A stretch of DNA of 64,000 nucleotides from Callorhinchus milii. Its lineage: Eukaryota. Below are positions 1-12,849 of the stretch, piece by piece; within the stretch, counting starts at the first letter, position 1, and each line of letters opens with the position of its first letter. The notes under the pieces are model-generated. The model saw only the letters and a program-made list of their open reading frames with translations. It did not search any database and was not told where the DNA came from. The position numbers were made by a program, and so were the translations under genes. The stretch spans positions 119,414,001 through 119,478,000 of the forward strand of contig NW_024704742.1 in assembly GCF_018977255.1 (NCBI RefSeq), in the 5' to 3' direction.

Positions 1-470
1 GGAGGAGAGGGTCTTGTGGAGGAGGGTGAGAGCACAAGACAGGTCAGTGAGGGTTGAAGGCCAGAGGGAGAGGAGTTCAGAGGACCCAAGGCAGTGGCTA
101 GGGATTGTGGGGTTAACTTCTTCCAGGGGCGGTAGAAGATGGTGGTGGGTCTGGTGGAGGTGGGTGGGGGGGGTGGTGGAGGTGGTGAAGGAGATGAAGT
201 GGTGGTCGGAGATGGCCTTGTCGGTAATGGTGACATCCGAGACACTGAGGCCCCAGGTGATCACCAAATTGAGTGGGTGGCCCTGACTGTGAGTGGCGGA
301 GTTGATGTGGAGGGAGAGGTTGAGCGAGGAGAGCAGGGAGGAGAAGTCCAAGAAGATGGAGCAGGAGGGGGTGAAGTGCAGGTTGAAGTCGCCCAGGATG
401 ATGAGGCAATCAGAGCAGAGGCAGAGAGTTATTAGTAGGGTAGAAATATCGGAAATGAAGGTTAGGGTTA
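1..470 (-). mobile_element. L2 LINE fragment, APE endonuclease region
   Basis: Minus-strand translation contains ILGDFNLH and ISDHH endonuclease motifs. Confidence 0.85.
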
Positions 471-859
471 GACTAATAGTGAAGCCATCAAAAGTAAGAG
501 GTAGTAATTGCTTGGTGGATTTCAAGAGCCACGAAAGAACTGTGTGATCAAAGATCGTCACTGCCTCATCGAAGAGCCTAATGGAGATTTAATAATGTAA
601 TTGTTATCTTGCAAGAGAAATGTTGGTCTATTGAGGGCATGAATCAGAAGCTGATGAATACAGAGTTCAATATTTATTTGGAGTGGTTAGTGCTGTCATG
701 AGTAGAGGAGATGGTAGAAATACAGACAGAACACAGGAGAAGAGAGAAATAAGCTCTCGCTGCAGCAATTATTCCACTGATTAAAACGACTGAGTTGGAT
801 TTTCAACAGTTTGTTTGCATCTGTCCTTGATTTTTTCCCCACAGTCTTTCACTGAAACA

Positions 860-1087
860 GCAGAACATGAAGATACAGGTTTAGGGTTACAAAGGGCAAT
901 TTCAGGATAGACACCAGGAAATATGGTTCTTGAAATATGGCCAAGAAGGATGGTTGAGGCTTGGACCTTGGACTCATTTACAACACAACTCAATGCTGTG
1001 ATAAGGAGAGTGGGTAGGTATTCTGGAAGGATGAGATCAAATGGGTTGAAGGCTTTCTTTATCCAAGCCAATCGTGTGATCTTGTAA
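860..1087 (+). mobile_element. Old CR1 LINE 3' end
   Basis: CR1-type ORF2 end and a tail (GATCAAATGGG...GTGATCTTGTAA) that recurs at ~24287, 27655, 33097 and 41253. Confidence 0.6.
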
Positions 1088-1089
1088 GG

Positions 1090-1560
1090 CAAAGGGATTT
1101 GAGAAAAGAGTTCCAGAGCTTGGAGGCAAAGTGTCGGAAAGCTCACCCACCATTGATGAGGTGGAGCGAGCAGGGGCATAAAGGAGATGTCAGAGCAGAG
1201 GGAGTTGCCTGGGGTGGGGGTGGTGAGATTAGAGCCACGGGAGATTGCAGAGGAATTGTGAGGCAATACTGTGGAGGCATTTGGAAGTAAGAACAAGGTT
1301 CTTAATGTTGATCCACTGGAGGCTAGAGAACTAGTGGAACTGGGTGAGGATGGGAGTGATGGATCCTAATGTGGGAGAGAATACAGCCTGCAGAGTTCTG
1401 GATGGTCTGGTGTTTGTGGAGGATAGAGCTGAGGAGGTCAATGAGCAGGCCATTGATGAAGTCAAGGCTGGAGGAGACAAAAGTGTAAACAACAACAACA
1501 AGATTACATTTGTATAGGGCTCTTCACGTCGGGAGAATGTCCCAGGGTGCTGTAAATGAG
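1090..1560 (-). mobile_element. Decayed L2 LINE 3' fragments
   Basis: Resembles the L2 ORF2 C-terminus (SITPILTQFH) and includes an (AAC)n-tailed L2 end at ~1488-1550. Confidence 0.65.
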
Positions 1561-1842
1561 GTGTTTCGCTACATTGGGGGTGAAACAGTGATAGTGGTGG
1601 GTGATGTTGCAGAGATGGAGAAAAGTGGACTTGGTCAAAGGTCAGAAAGGTTTGAAGGAGTGCCGAATAAACACCAGGATCACGGGCTCTGTGAGTTGGC
1701 AAGCGCAATTGGGGAGTCCAGCATGTAAAATGAAGAGCCATGCAGGATAGCTCAGTTTTTTCTATGCTGAGAAGGTTACGACTCATCCGGAACTTGATGT
1801 ATGACAGGCGATCAGTCAGAACAGCAGTGGTCCCGGAACTGA

Positions 1843-2224
1843 TGATAATAATAATAATAATAATCCTTGCATTTGATATAGCACATTTCATATCTTCTAG
1901 ACGTCTCAAAGTGCTTCACAGGATATACTGTAAAGTGAATTGACTGGATATTTGTGGTGAAACGCAGCAGCCAATCGCGCACAGCAGTGTCCCACAAACA
2001 GTCGTGTACTGAGTGACCTAATTATTTATTTTTTTGGTTTGGTATTATTATCATCCCCGGAAAAGCGATCCGCCAATCGACTAACAACCAGGTTCCTACT
2101 TACTGCTCAGTAAACAGGGACATGTGGAGTAAGGAAACTTGCACAACATTTTGCATTGCCGGGAATAGAACCTGGGTCTCTTGCTTACGAGGCGAGAGCT
2201 CTAACCACTGAGCTACAGGACGCC
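1843..2224 (-). mobile_element. tRNA-derived SINE, long form
   Basis: Head GTCCTGTAGCTCAGTGGTTAGAG with B box, central segment, L2-like tail ending (ATT)n. Confidence 0.9.
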
Positions 2225-2380
2225 GATGCCTTCAAATGATGGAAGAAGAGGCTAGATTTGATTGTCATCTGCATACATGTCAGTGGATCCCAAGCCAGTG
2301 GATGACATCACCAATGGGGAGTATTTGGATGATGAAAAGGAGAGAACTGAGGGTAGAGCCCTGAGGAGCACAGAATAATT

Positions 2381-2700
2381 TGTGGTCAGCCAGGTATGAA
2401 GAATGATGACATGAAGAAATCCATCACTGTGCTTAAGAGTATCCAAACCAAACAGAGTTTCATGCATCCCACCTGCACATGGAAATTCCCTTGTATTGGA
2501 ATGGAAAGTGCACTCTCTCCCTGGAGGGAGGGATGCATCATGCTTACATAATTCTAGAAAGTATTAGGTACAGCTAGCAAAAGCCCAGGCTTGGCATCCA
2601 GAGAATGGTTTGCGTTACCTCTGAAGTTTAACCAGCTAAATCCACATAGCTTGCCATTGAAAGTATTATCTGGCGAGCTTTCCTGCTGCTTTTCTAGCTA
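2381..2700 (-). repeat. Unclassified retroposon-like repeat, copy 1
   Basis: Reverse complement aligns with 52770-53108 (TTTGGATACTCTTAAGCA core). Confidence 0.75.
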
Positions 2701-2834
2701 GGACCACCCGATCAGCTAGAGCTTGGCTTGCTGAGTGAGAAGAATCGCTGCCCCCAGTGACTGGTTTGCCCTTTCAAGTCCTACTGATGAGGAACAACAC
2801 ACAAGACTTTTGTATCTATACTATACAACATACA

Positions 2835-3020
2835 AACGTGCCTTCAGCTCCCCTTTTGACTCTCTACCCCCTCCTCGCTCCCTCCCTTCCCTCCCCTCAT
2901 CCTGACCATTTCCCCCCTGCTCGGGTCCCGACCCAAATGTCCAGCGCCTTGGGACGTCCTCCCAATGTGAAAGGCGCTCTATAAATGCAATCTTCTTGTT
3001 GTTGTTGTTGTTGTTGTTGT
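2835..3020 (+). mobile_element. Young L2 3' end with (TTG)n tail
   Basis: Nearly identical to the tail of the 7884-8606 copy; (TTG)n run at ~2996-3021. Confidence 0.9.
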
Positions 3021-3029
3021 TTGGGGCTT

Positions 3030-3420
3030 GAGGAGAAGCCTGTAGAGGAGAAAAATGAAGACACTGAGACAGGAAAGTGCAGAGTCTTGATAGTGTATCA
3101 GGGAAGAGAGATATTGGAGAAGAATGGAGTGGTTGACAGTGTTGAAAGTGACAGAGATCAAGGAGGACACAGAAGCACAGGGTTGCAGATATCATTTGTG
3201 ACTTTGACCAGTGCTCTCTTAGCACCGTGGGCTGGGGATATCCTTATTAAAGGACCAGTGGGAGAGGAATGAACGTGCCAGAAGACAGGGAGAGGTTGAT
3301 GACATTGAGTTGCGAGGGGACAATAAGTAACAGATGGGTGGACAGGAATAGTGTGGGAATGGGGTCAAGAGAGATGATGGTTGAAGGAGAGACGGGTATA
3401 TAGGGGGTGTGACGATACAC
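3030..3420 (-). mobile_element. Old L2 reverse-transcriptase fragment
   Basis: Frameshifted similarity to LVKVTNDI..LLDLS..FNTVNHSILL. Confidence 0.75.
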
Positions 3421-3659
3421 AAATATCTAGACCAGTCACAAAATTGCCAAGGAAATTAGACTTGCGCTCAGCTGCCAGGATTGTGTGTACCGCTCCTAAT
3501 TTGACCACCGGAGAAAATGATATGCTACATATTGAATCTATTACATTAGACTAGCAGTCAAGATCTTTACTTGTTTTGTGGCTCCAGACTCCAGGCAAAA
3601 ATAATTATAACAGCAACAATTTACATTTATATAGCGTCTTTCGTGTACCAGCAGAAACT

Positions 3660-4070
3660 GGAATAACTGGGACTCTAACCAATGGAAAAAAGAAGGTTGA
3701 GGAGTCACCTGACAGGGGTCTTTAAGATTATGAGGGGGTTTGATAGAGTCAATAGGGAGAAATTATTTCCAGTGGTTCATGACTCAGTGCTAGAGGGCAT
3801 CAATTTAAGATCATTTGCAAAGTGGGACTTGGAGAGTTTAGGAGAANTTTTTTCACACACTGAGTAGTTAGGATATGGAATGCTCTGCTGGAAGCAGTGT
3901 TTGAGATAGAATCTATATTAACTTTGAAAAGGGGAATCGTATTGAGGAATAGAAATCTAAAAAGGAGGAAATGCAGACATATGGAGAAAGGACAGGTAAA
4001 TGGGACTGAAAGGATTCCTCTTTAAAAGAGCCAGCACAGGCACAATAGGTAAATGGCCTTCTTCTGTGGT
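3660..4070 (+). mobile_element. CR1 LINE 3' fragment
   Basis: Translation EKRRLRSHLTGVFKIMRGFDRVNREKLFP is the CR1 ORF2 C-terminus. Confidence 0.85.
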
Positions 4071-4209
4071 TTATGGGAGGATATCTCAAAAGCACTTTAC
4101 ACAACTGGTTCAGGGTGTGGGAGCGAGGAAAGGTGACCGAAAGCACAGTCGCAGGCAGGTCTTAAGGTAGGCTTTAAAAATGGGGAGAGTGGGGCAAACT
4201 CCAGAATGG

Positions 4210-4590
4210 CCCAGGTGGTAGCACTCTTGCCCTCTGGTTCAGAAAGTTGTGGGTTCAACCGCCACATCAGGACTTTGAGTTCACAGTCTTGGATGACAGT
4301 TCAATGCAGTGTTGGGGAGAGCACTGCATTGTGGTGGAAATTGTCCTTCAGGCAGAGATGTTAAATGACGGTTCAAATAAACATCCCAAGATGCTATTCA
4401 AAAGGAGAACGGAGGTTCTCCCAGCCAAGAGTCATTCAGATAAATTGGCTAGTCACTTCATGTCTCTTTGTGGGACAATGTGCTGTGAACAAATTGGCCG
4501 CCACATTTGCCTACAAATACTTGACAGCGATTGCCTGGAAAGTGTTTTGCTGTTATAAGTGCTACATCAAATGGAAGCATTTACTTTTTT
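4210..4590 (+). mobile_element. Deu-domain-type tRNA SINE
   Basis: tRNA-like head, GCACTGCATTG..GTCCTTCAG..GAGATGTTAAA core, L2-like tail. Confidence 0.75.
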
Positions 4591-6164
4591 AAAAAAAAAC
4601 AACTTCGGCAGAAGGTAAATGAAATAGGCCAATGTGGAACTGTCTTGTGAGCCCAAGATATTCTAGCTTATTTTAGAATGTCGTTACATGTGTTATAAAA
4701 TACATCAAATACCCTCTTTCAATTTCCCTAATTGTTTCATCTCCACAAATGTTATTTCTGCAAGTTATATAAATGTTATTACAGTAATGTATTCACAACC
4801 CAGCTTCCAGCTCAGCCTCAGCACACAGAGAGCACTGCTCAACTTGGGGTGTTATGAAACTGACCTGTAAATGACACCCACAGTCCTAGTACCGGGTGTT
4901 CCTTATGTCTGCATACCGCAGTTGGCATCAGTTTCAGCAGATCTCATCCAGGCTACGAGGCAACGTGTCTCAGGGGATGAAATTTGAGTCCTGGTTGGGG
5001 GAAGGGGAAAGAGAGAGAGAGGAAAGGAAATCTATACACACTTTAATAGCTCTGCTCTCAATTGCACCTCCTGGCGATCACTTAAGAGTGTGACAAGACT
5101 GGGTCACCAATAACCTGACCACCCCTCTTTCCTCGACTGAAAGAACTCTGCATGGAGACAAGTAACTCCAGTGGAGCAGTAAAGAAGGGAAGTCAGCTGG
5201 ATAGAGGGGGAAATATAATAGAAAGACTAGACATTTTTATCGTGGCTTGACAAAAAGATATAACGCTCAAATGGTAAGAAAGAAATGACGCCAAAACCTC
5301 CCGTTAAAGTAATTATTGTCAAGTGCAGTAACTGTTACTGTTCCCTAAAGAAATTCAGTTGCTACGCTTTCCTTCCCAGCAAGTTCTAGTGTTTCATTCC
5401 TTGGCAGAACATTCATCGGAAAGTTTGCTCTATGTCTTGCCCTGCACCATCCTCAGTTTTGACAGCAAAGTTATGTTCTGAATGACGATTGTGTGAGTTG
5501 CTTGAACATGTGGGAGCCATTTGGTTATTGTTGCTTTTGCTTTTGACTCTTTCACTTGATGAGTGACTGGGTGTAAATGGTCTGACAACCAAATCCCATT
5601 TATTTGGTAAAGACGCACGGAAGATGCATATTATTGCAGAGTAAAAAGGATTGTTCGGTCCAGCTAAAAATAGAGGATTCTTTCACCCTGTGTCAAGCAG
5701 CAGAGGAGGAAAAGTAAGCATTTAAACTCACGGATCCTCTTAACAGATGTTGGCAGAGTCGAGACAACCGCATAGGCACTATATAAAAAGGGGAAAAGCA
5801 GATGCTTTCTTGTCAGTTGCATTAACTTGTCTAAATCTTCTAGACCATATTTTCAGGTCGGTCTCTAGGCTTCATCTTAAAAATGGCATCAGGTCATCTT
5901 TACACGCACCAGTGGCCATTTCACTATGGATCACAGCGTGGCCTGTGTCCGCAAACCAAAAGTGAAAATAAAACTCTGACTTGCTTCTTGATGCAAATTA
6001 AGCATCAATGCAATTTTGCATCATCCCATGTTGTAGCTGGATTAATAAGGAAACAATGGGAGCAATGTTTCCAGAAGTGCTGCCTGTCATTCTCCTGTCA
6101 GGAAAAGGATCTTTGTGCCCTTTGTGCTGCTATTGTGACATTTATGACAATATTTTCTGAGTTT

Positions 6165-6732
6165 GCTGTCTCCCCCAATCCCTCTACCATGCCCCCTCCT
6201 TCCCCTTTTTTTAGATCATGACTGAAGATCTTCCTCTTTGATCGTGGTTACGGTTACCTCTTCCCTCCCCCTGGCTCGACATCAGCCTCCGTCACTGTTA
6301 AGCTCTCCATGACGCTGCCCCGAGTGAAGGGCGCTATATAAATGCAAGTTGTTATTGCTATTGTTGTTGTTCTCATCCTATTTAGCATCTTATTTCTTTG
6401 ACTTTGAACTTATATAGTCCAGCCTGACACTCCAATTCATTACTGGGGATGTGTTGCGTTGTCTTTGGTGCCGTCCTTAAAATGAGACATTAAACTAAGT
6501 CTGCCTGTTCCGGTGAATGTTAAAAATCCCATGGCATTATTTGAAAAGAGAAGGAAGTTTCTCCCGGTGTCATGGCCAACAATCCCTTGGATAAAAAAAA
6601 TTGATGATTCATTCACGGTTCTTTATGGGACATTTCTTGGTGCAAATTTTCACTTGAGAATTTTCTGTGAAGCATTTTGAGACTGCCTCCAGATGTGAAA
6701 GGCATTATATCAAACATAAGGATTATAATTAT
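6165..6732 (+). mobile_element. L2 tail (6165-6370) followed by Deu-type SINE (6400-6732)
   Basis: GGCGCTATATAAATGCAAG(TTG)n tail, then GGTGCCGTCCTT..ATGAGAC.TTAAAC..ATCCCATGGCA Deu core. Confidence 0.75.
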
Positions 6733-7292
6733 TTCACTCTCTAAGGTCTTCTCTCTTTTCTTGGTTGAAACGCCCTGACTTATCAAGTAATTCTTATCGT
6801 TTATTTCTCCCATCAACACTGGAGATCAGCCTTATTGCTTTCTTTAATGCCTTCCTGAGTGCCTTAGAGGATACAAATTGCTTGCCAAGTCCTTCTTTCC
6901 CTCAGTTAGAATTTGACGATTTTAAATTCTTGCCCACGACACACAGTTCCAGACAAGCATAGTCGATGACCTCTTTGTCTCTGTAAAGTGCTTTGAGATG
7001 TTATCCTACCTAAAGCATTATGTAAGAGCAAGTTGCTGTTGTTGTCTTTGTGCAGTTCAGATAACTGCTGACAAATGATCAATTTGCCAGTAGATAAACA
7101 CTATTTAAATTCATCTCTCCGATCCTTTGGTGGCAAGCTGGGTTAGTTGATAGCACTCATGCCTGAGGCAGAATATTATGTGGTCAATCCCCATGTCGAT
7201 GACTTTGAGTTTCCAGTCTGGACTGACACACTAATACAGCGGAGTTGAATTATCTTGTTCCGATCTGAGACAAAAAAGACTGACCTTACAGT

Positions 7293-7601
7293 CAGTGGTG
7301 GTTTCAGAATCCTTGGAGTTCTGGGCGCCAAGAACAGTCAGGGCGTTTCCACTCATCACGAGGGGACCTGGAACCAGGGCTGGGGCAGGAGCTGCGGCCG
7401 GGCCAGGCCCTACATCTCACACTTGCTACCAATTTCCCAGAAACGCTGCCTGCTCCCCTCCACCATGGACCAAGGGGAGGGGGGAAGCCCAGTGCGCCTG
7501 TATAAAATGCCGCCACCCGCTGCCTGCAACCCCAGAGTAACGTTATTTGGCTGGGGACTCTGGGCACACACCGCATAGGCCCGTGCATTAATCCACCCAT
7601 G
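7293..7601. mobile_element. Non-autonomous hAT-type DNA transposon (MITE), GC-rich
   Basis: Imperfect TIRs CAGTGGTGGTTT / AATCCACCCATG, flanked by an 8-bp TSD: CTTACAGT (7285-7292) and TTTACAGT (7602-7609). Confidence 0.7.
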
Positions 7602-7883
7602 TTTACAGTGGACTACACCTTTCCTGATATATATTCAAGAAAAGCATGGTGATACACTAAAAATAATTAGTACGTTAATTCATTTTTCCTGTTTCTCTTA
7701 CCCCTCCCCCCACTCCCCCCACACACTGACAATGCCTCTTGCTGAGACGTTATCAGAGTTGCTGTCCTTCACATGAGATATTTAACCTCTACAGCGCCAA
7801 TTCTAGCGGCAGACGATGATCAGCCAGCAGTAAGGGACTAGCTGTGGGCGACTGAAGAGAAGTAGTTACTTTTTCACCACCAT

Positions 7884-8606
7884 AACAACAACAAGATTGC
7901 ATTTATAGAGCGCCTTTCACGTCGGGAGGACGTCCCAAGGCGCTTGACAGTTGGGTCGGGACCCGAGCAGGGGGGAAATGGTCAGGGTGAGGGGAGGGAA
8001 GGGAGGGAGCGAGGAGGGGGTAGAGAGTTGAGAGGGGAGCTGAAGGCACGGTTGAAGAGAAAGGTCTTGAGACCGGCCTTGAAGGAGGAAAGGGAGGAGG
8101 CGGCGAAGGCACTGGGGGATGGAGTTCCAGAGCCTCGGGGCTGAGAGGCTGAAGGCCCGGCCACCGATGGTAGGGCGGTTGGGGCGGGGGATGTGGAGCA
8201 GACCGGAGCCAGAGAACGGAGGGTACGGGCAGGTAGTAGGGGGATAGTAGGTTGGAGAGGTAGGAGGGAGCAAGGCCGTGAATGGCCTTGTAGGTGAGGA
8301 TGAGGATCTTGAATTCGATCCTCTGGGGGATGGGGAGCCAGTGGAGGCGAGCGAGGGTGGGAGTGATGTGGTGCGAAGCCTGGTGCGGGACAGTACACGA
8401 GCTGCAGAGTTCTGAATGACCTGCAGCTTGTGGAGGGAGGTGCCGGGAAGGCCGGCGAGGAGAGAGTTCCCGTAGTCCAGCCTTGAGGTGATAAAGGCGT
8501 GACCAGAGTTTCAGCAGCGTGAGGGGTGAGGTAGTGGCGTAGTCTGGCGATGTTCCGGAGGTGGTGGAAGGTGGTGCCAGCTGTAACGCGGATGTGGGGA
8601 AGAAAG
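7884..8606 (-). mobile_element. Young 5'-truncated L2 LINE
   Basis: ORF2 C-terminus (FLPHIR..FHHLRNIARL, HITPTLARLHWLPIPQRIEFKIL), CpG-rich, (GTT)n tail, 24-bp flanking direct repeat. Confidence 0.93.
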
Positions 8607-8627
8607 TAGTTACTTTTTCACCACCAT

Positions 8628-8721
8628 AACAACAACAAGATTGCATTTATAGAGCGCCTTTCACGTCGGGAGGACGTCCCAAGGCGCTGGACAGTTGGGT
8701 CGGGACCCGAGCAGGGGGGAA
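8628..8721 (-). mobile_element. Second short L2 3' tail of the same family
   Basis: One mismatch to 7884-7977. Confidence 0.9.
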
Positions 8722-10499
8722 GCTGCTTCCCACTACAACTGGCATGCTACCATTTGGCAAACCCATCATGTTCCAGATGTGGTTGGACTCTGGCCTCTTT
8801 GACTCATTGGCCTAAAAGGTTAAATGAATAATAATAATAATAATATGAATGAAGTAAAATGAAGTAACGTTTCCACATGACTTGTCTACATGTTTACAAA
8901 ATCCCCAAATCCGGTGCCACCTTGTCTGTGGTTTGAAAGTGAATGCAATTTTGAGATGAGACAAATTTATTTGAGACAGTGGTTGAGGATTGACTGTTTG
9001 CTCAACCGTGTAAGTTAGCACCTGCACCACTCCACGTCTGGACGCGAATTAGATCAAACCCTTTAAGTGTTAAAGTACTTTGTAAATAGCCTCATTCTGG
9101 AGAGAAAACAATCTCTTGAACTGCACACAATCTCCTGTTAAAGCGGCAGCCTTTAAATGTTTGGTTTTAACTCTTTCCAAGATAGCAACTAATAATAAAT
9201 AATAATCCTGGCATTTTTAGCAACTGATAGCTTTAAAAGATCCACGTCAAGATTTTGAATGTATAGTCGAGGCTGATGCTCTAGTCTCGTACCAGGGGTG
9301 TGCTGCATTGTTGAAGATGCCATCCTTAAACCAGTCTACTTGGTCTAGTCTACTTGTTTAGATAGACTTTGTTGTATCTGTAGTGAGTCCTCAGACTGGC
9401 TACAGTTACGTCAAGTACCTGGACCACGGCCGCTAAAGGTACATAATGTAACTAACATCGGCCTTTTTATATTGTTTTTTTATATTCACTTAATCTTTCT
9501 GGATGTACGATAAATATGTACATTTGAGTTCAGTCCCCAGCAAGGAAAATTCCTTAAAAAATGTCCTGTGAAAGGCAATATATCCTGCCAAAATCGCTGC
9601 CAATTTTTCCCCCATCTTGAGACAGAATTAAAAAAAAGAACTCGATTCGGTAAATGATTTGCTGAATGGTTTATTTTTCATTTGGCAGTTATTGAGTTAC
9701 CAAAGAGTTATCACCCACTGTCTTGTTCTGACAAGTTCTAAATTAAGCCCAATTTTTGGACTTAAATTGTATCAACGTTCTGAGATTCTTCCCTGCATGA
9801 AGATGCGCAACATGAGTTCAAGTTGTTGTTGTATTTAATTTGCTATGACGTGCTGCAAAGATTTAACCATAAAAAAAACTAGCCACATTAAAACTTCTAA
9901 CAGCATTTCGGTTTATACACTAATAAAAGATCTACAATTCTAAGGAAATTAGTAGCTGCGGTAAAGAAGCTGGCTGAGCTGATATTATCCTTCCCACAAT
10001 GGAATATAGAATATAGGCACATAGGAGAAGCCACATTTAGCTATGTTGATAACACAGTATAAATAATACAATGTTGCAGCTGCATTTCTTCACAAGCAGG
10101 GAACATGTAGTCCATAACACTGCAGTTGGCAGAGAATTTGATTCACAAGTAAAACTACTGAAGTATTAAAGTTTGGAACTCCCTCCCTAAACCTTTATGT
10201 CTCACCCCTTCTCTGTTTGTCTTTAAAAGCCTCCAGAAAAGCTTCCTCATTGATCGTGCCTACGTTCACATCCTTCACAATAAAATGAGAGGAGTAAGAG
10301 GTAATGATTAGACAGAGAGTAAACATTGAAGCAGAGTTAGCTACATCAATAAGCTTTCTGCAGATTTACAGCGATTTTTAGACAAAACATCACTTGAACA
10401 ATAGGTGCGTGTAATCTCCTGTTTGAAAGCAATGTGAGGCGTATATAGGAGCCATGTGTAGGATATTTAGTCATCAAGCCAGCTCTGTCATTTTATTAG

Positions 10500-10810
10500 A
10501 TTGTGGCAGCTGTTTATATCTTTAACCTATTTCCCCACTCTTTCTCTAAAATCCCTTCCTTAGTATCAATTGATCTCTCTTTTAAATACCTTGTTGAATT
10601 CTGGGGCAATGCATTCCAGAATCTCACAAACCCTCCTTTGTGTGAAGACTTGTCTGCTAGTTTAACTTTGAAACACTTGAGCTTCAATGTCCCCTTGTTC
10701 TGGGTTTGCTCCAAATGAGAAATGTTCACTATTTACCTTGCCATTTATCTTACTATTTTAAAGACCTGGATCAGTTTCCTTCTCCCCCTAAACTCCTCAA
10801 CTCTGGGGAA
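10500..10810 (-). mobile_element. Old CR1 3' fragment
   Basis: FVRFWNALPQ resembles the CR1 VVNLWNSLP motif. Confidence 0.6.
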
Positions 10811-10814
10811 TATA

Positions 10815-11220
10815 GAACTTACATAGCATATTTCACGTAGGGTAACTTCACAAAGTACAGAGACAATGCTGGACACCGAGCAGAGGTGGGGAATGGGGAG
10901 GAAGGACGTTAATGTAGGCAAGATTAATGAGATAGGTTTTCAGGAGACATTTAAAGAAAAATAGAGAAGGGGTGAGGCATACAGATTTAGGAAGCGAGTT
11001 CCAAAATGATGAAACGCTTGACCCAAGGGGAGCAAGAGAGTGAAGGAGAAGATTACAGACACAGAGAGGGATGAAGGCATGAAGGAATTTGTAAGTGAGA
11101 GTGAGGATCTTGACACCGATCCATTGCGTGACAGGGAGGCAGTGCAGCTGAGGTGATTGGTATGTGAAGTTTGATGTGCAGATAAGGATGCGAGCGGATG
11201 AATTTGGGGCAAGCTGGAGC
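10815..11220 (-). mobile_element. Old L2 3' fragment
   Basis: KLQLAPNSSARIL..LHCLPVTQWIGVKILTLTYK..WNSLP. Confidence 0.8.
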
Positions 11221-11895
11221 TTTTGGATCCGGTCCCTCACCAGCACCGCCTTCTTCAACCTCCGACCCATCGCCCGAGTCCACCAATACCTCGCTCCGAA
11301 AGCCGCTGAAACCCTAGTCCATGCCTTTGTCACCTCTCGGCTGGACTATTCTAACGCCCTCATCGCCGGTCTCCCATCCACTGCCATCCATAAAATCCAG
11401 ATCATTCAAAACTCTGCTGCCCACATTCTCACCCGCACCAAATTCCACTCCACGATCACCCCAGTCCTTGCCAGACTACACTGGCTGCCTATCCCAGAGA
11501 GGATCGACTTCAAGATCCTCACCCTTGTACTCAATTCCCTCCATTCCTCTGCAACCCCCTACCTCTCTGACCTCTCTCCTCAAAACAGTACCCGTTGCCT
11601 TCATTCCTCCGGGTCTGGCCTCCTCCTTGTCCCCCAAGTGCTCCGCTCCACCCTCGGCAGCCGTGCCTTCAGCCACTGTGCTCGGAGGCTCTGGAATTCC
11701 CTTCCTCACTCCCTTCGCCTCGCTCCCTCCCTTCCTATTTTCAGCTCCCTGCTGAAGACCTTTCTTTTCTACTTCGCCTTTGGTCACCTTTCCCCCCCTC
11801 CCCCTGGCTCGGCCTCAGGATCCGTTAGTGTGAAGTGCTCTGAGACGCCATCCAGCGTGGAGGGTGCTATACAAATCCAAGTTGTTGTTGTTGTT
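11221..11895 (+). mobile_element. L2 LINE 3' fragment with open ORF2 C-terminus
   Basis: ETLVHAFVTSRLDYSNAL..IQNSAAHILT..LHWLPI..WNSLP, then a (GTT)n tail. Confidence 0.93.
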
Positions 11896-12849
11896 GGAGT
11901 TAATGCAAATTTACCCAATTTCTTACCATAACTGAGTTTTTTTTCCCCAAGATATAATCCGGTTGCATGGTTGCTGGATGCCCTCCAAGGGCAGATATGT
12001 ATTTATTCCATTGGACTCTTAGAACTCTGAAACTGCTTAAATGTGTGCTACACAAGCCCAGATTTCAACATGCAAAAAGCTACCCATTAACTCACATAAA
12101 ACAACTTTTGGCAAAGTCCTAACAGAATCCTGTCTGAGATGTTGCTCACTGGCATCAGAGTTCATTCTTTTTAATAAAAGCAAACTTGTCTGAGCTTAAA
12201 CCCTTTTCAGAAAAATGTTCTGTGACCACTTTATTCTTAATGTTTATTAGCACGCTCTGAGGGACATTCTATAATCTTTTGCCTTGTGCTGCCAAAAGCT
12301 CAAACCTCATTGCCAAGCCAAACTTTACTTCCTCCAAGTATGAAGAAAAGTGCCAGAAACCTTCATTATTCAATAACTGGACTGGAGAACCTATGTTGAC
12401 CTCTAGTGGCAGTGGGTTGATTCTAATCGGTAACTTGAATGTGAAGGGTGCAAGGGAGGGAACTTTGGCACATCATCTTACTGTTTGAGGAAAAAATTTG
12501 CCCATCATTTCTCACACAAAGTCAGAAACGTCCTGCTGGCACATGTCTCCACTGGTGGAAAAATGAAGCGTTCAATCAGCACTCAGTTGTATTTGTTATG
12601 TTTATTACTTCTTAATGCAGGGGGAGTATCCCCATCCAATTTTCCCTCCTCCTCCCCCAAAGGCATTCACACACCTGCCTGGCTATGATACAGCAAACTC
12701 TGCCCAGTATCTTACCCACTTAGCCTTTAATTATGTGTGAGCACTGACTGGAGGTGGGGGGGAGGGGGCAAAATCATTTATAAATAGCAAATTCTATAGG
12801 CAACCAGATGTGACTCCTCTGGAACACAGAAAGGTTTCTCTGGAAATCC

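Noticed and set aside
11164..11931. 255-aa ORF as a host gene or twin-primed inversion
   Set aside because: It is the L2 ORF2 C-terminus read in from an adjacent antisense L2. The two pieces overlap in L2 coordinates and are diverged, so they are independent insertions.
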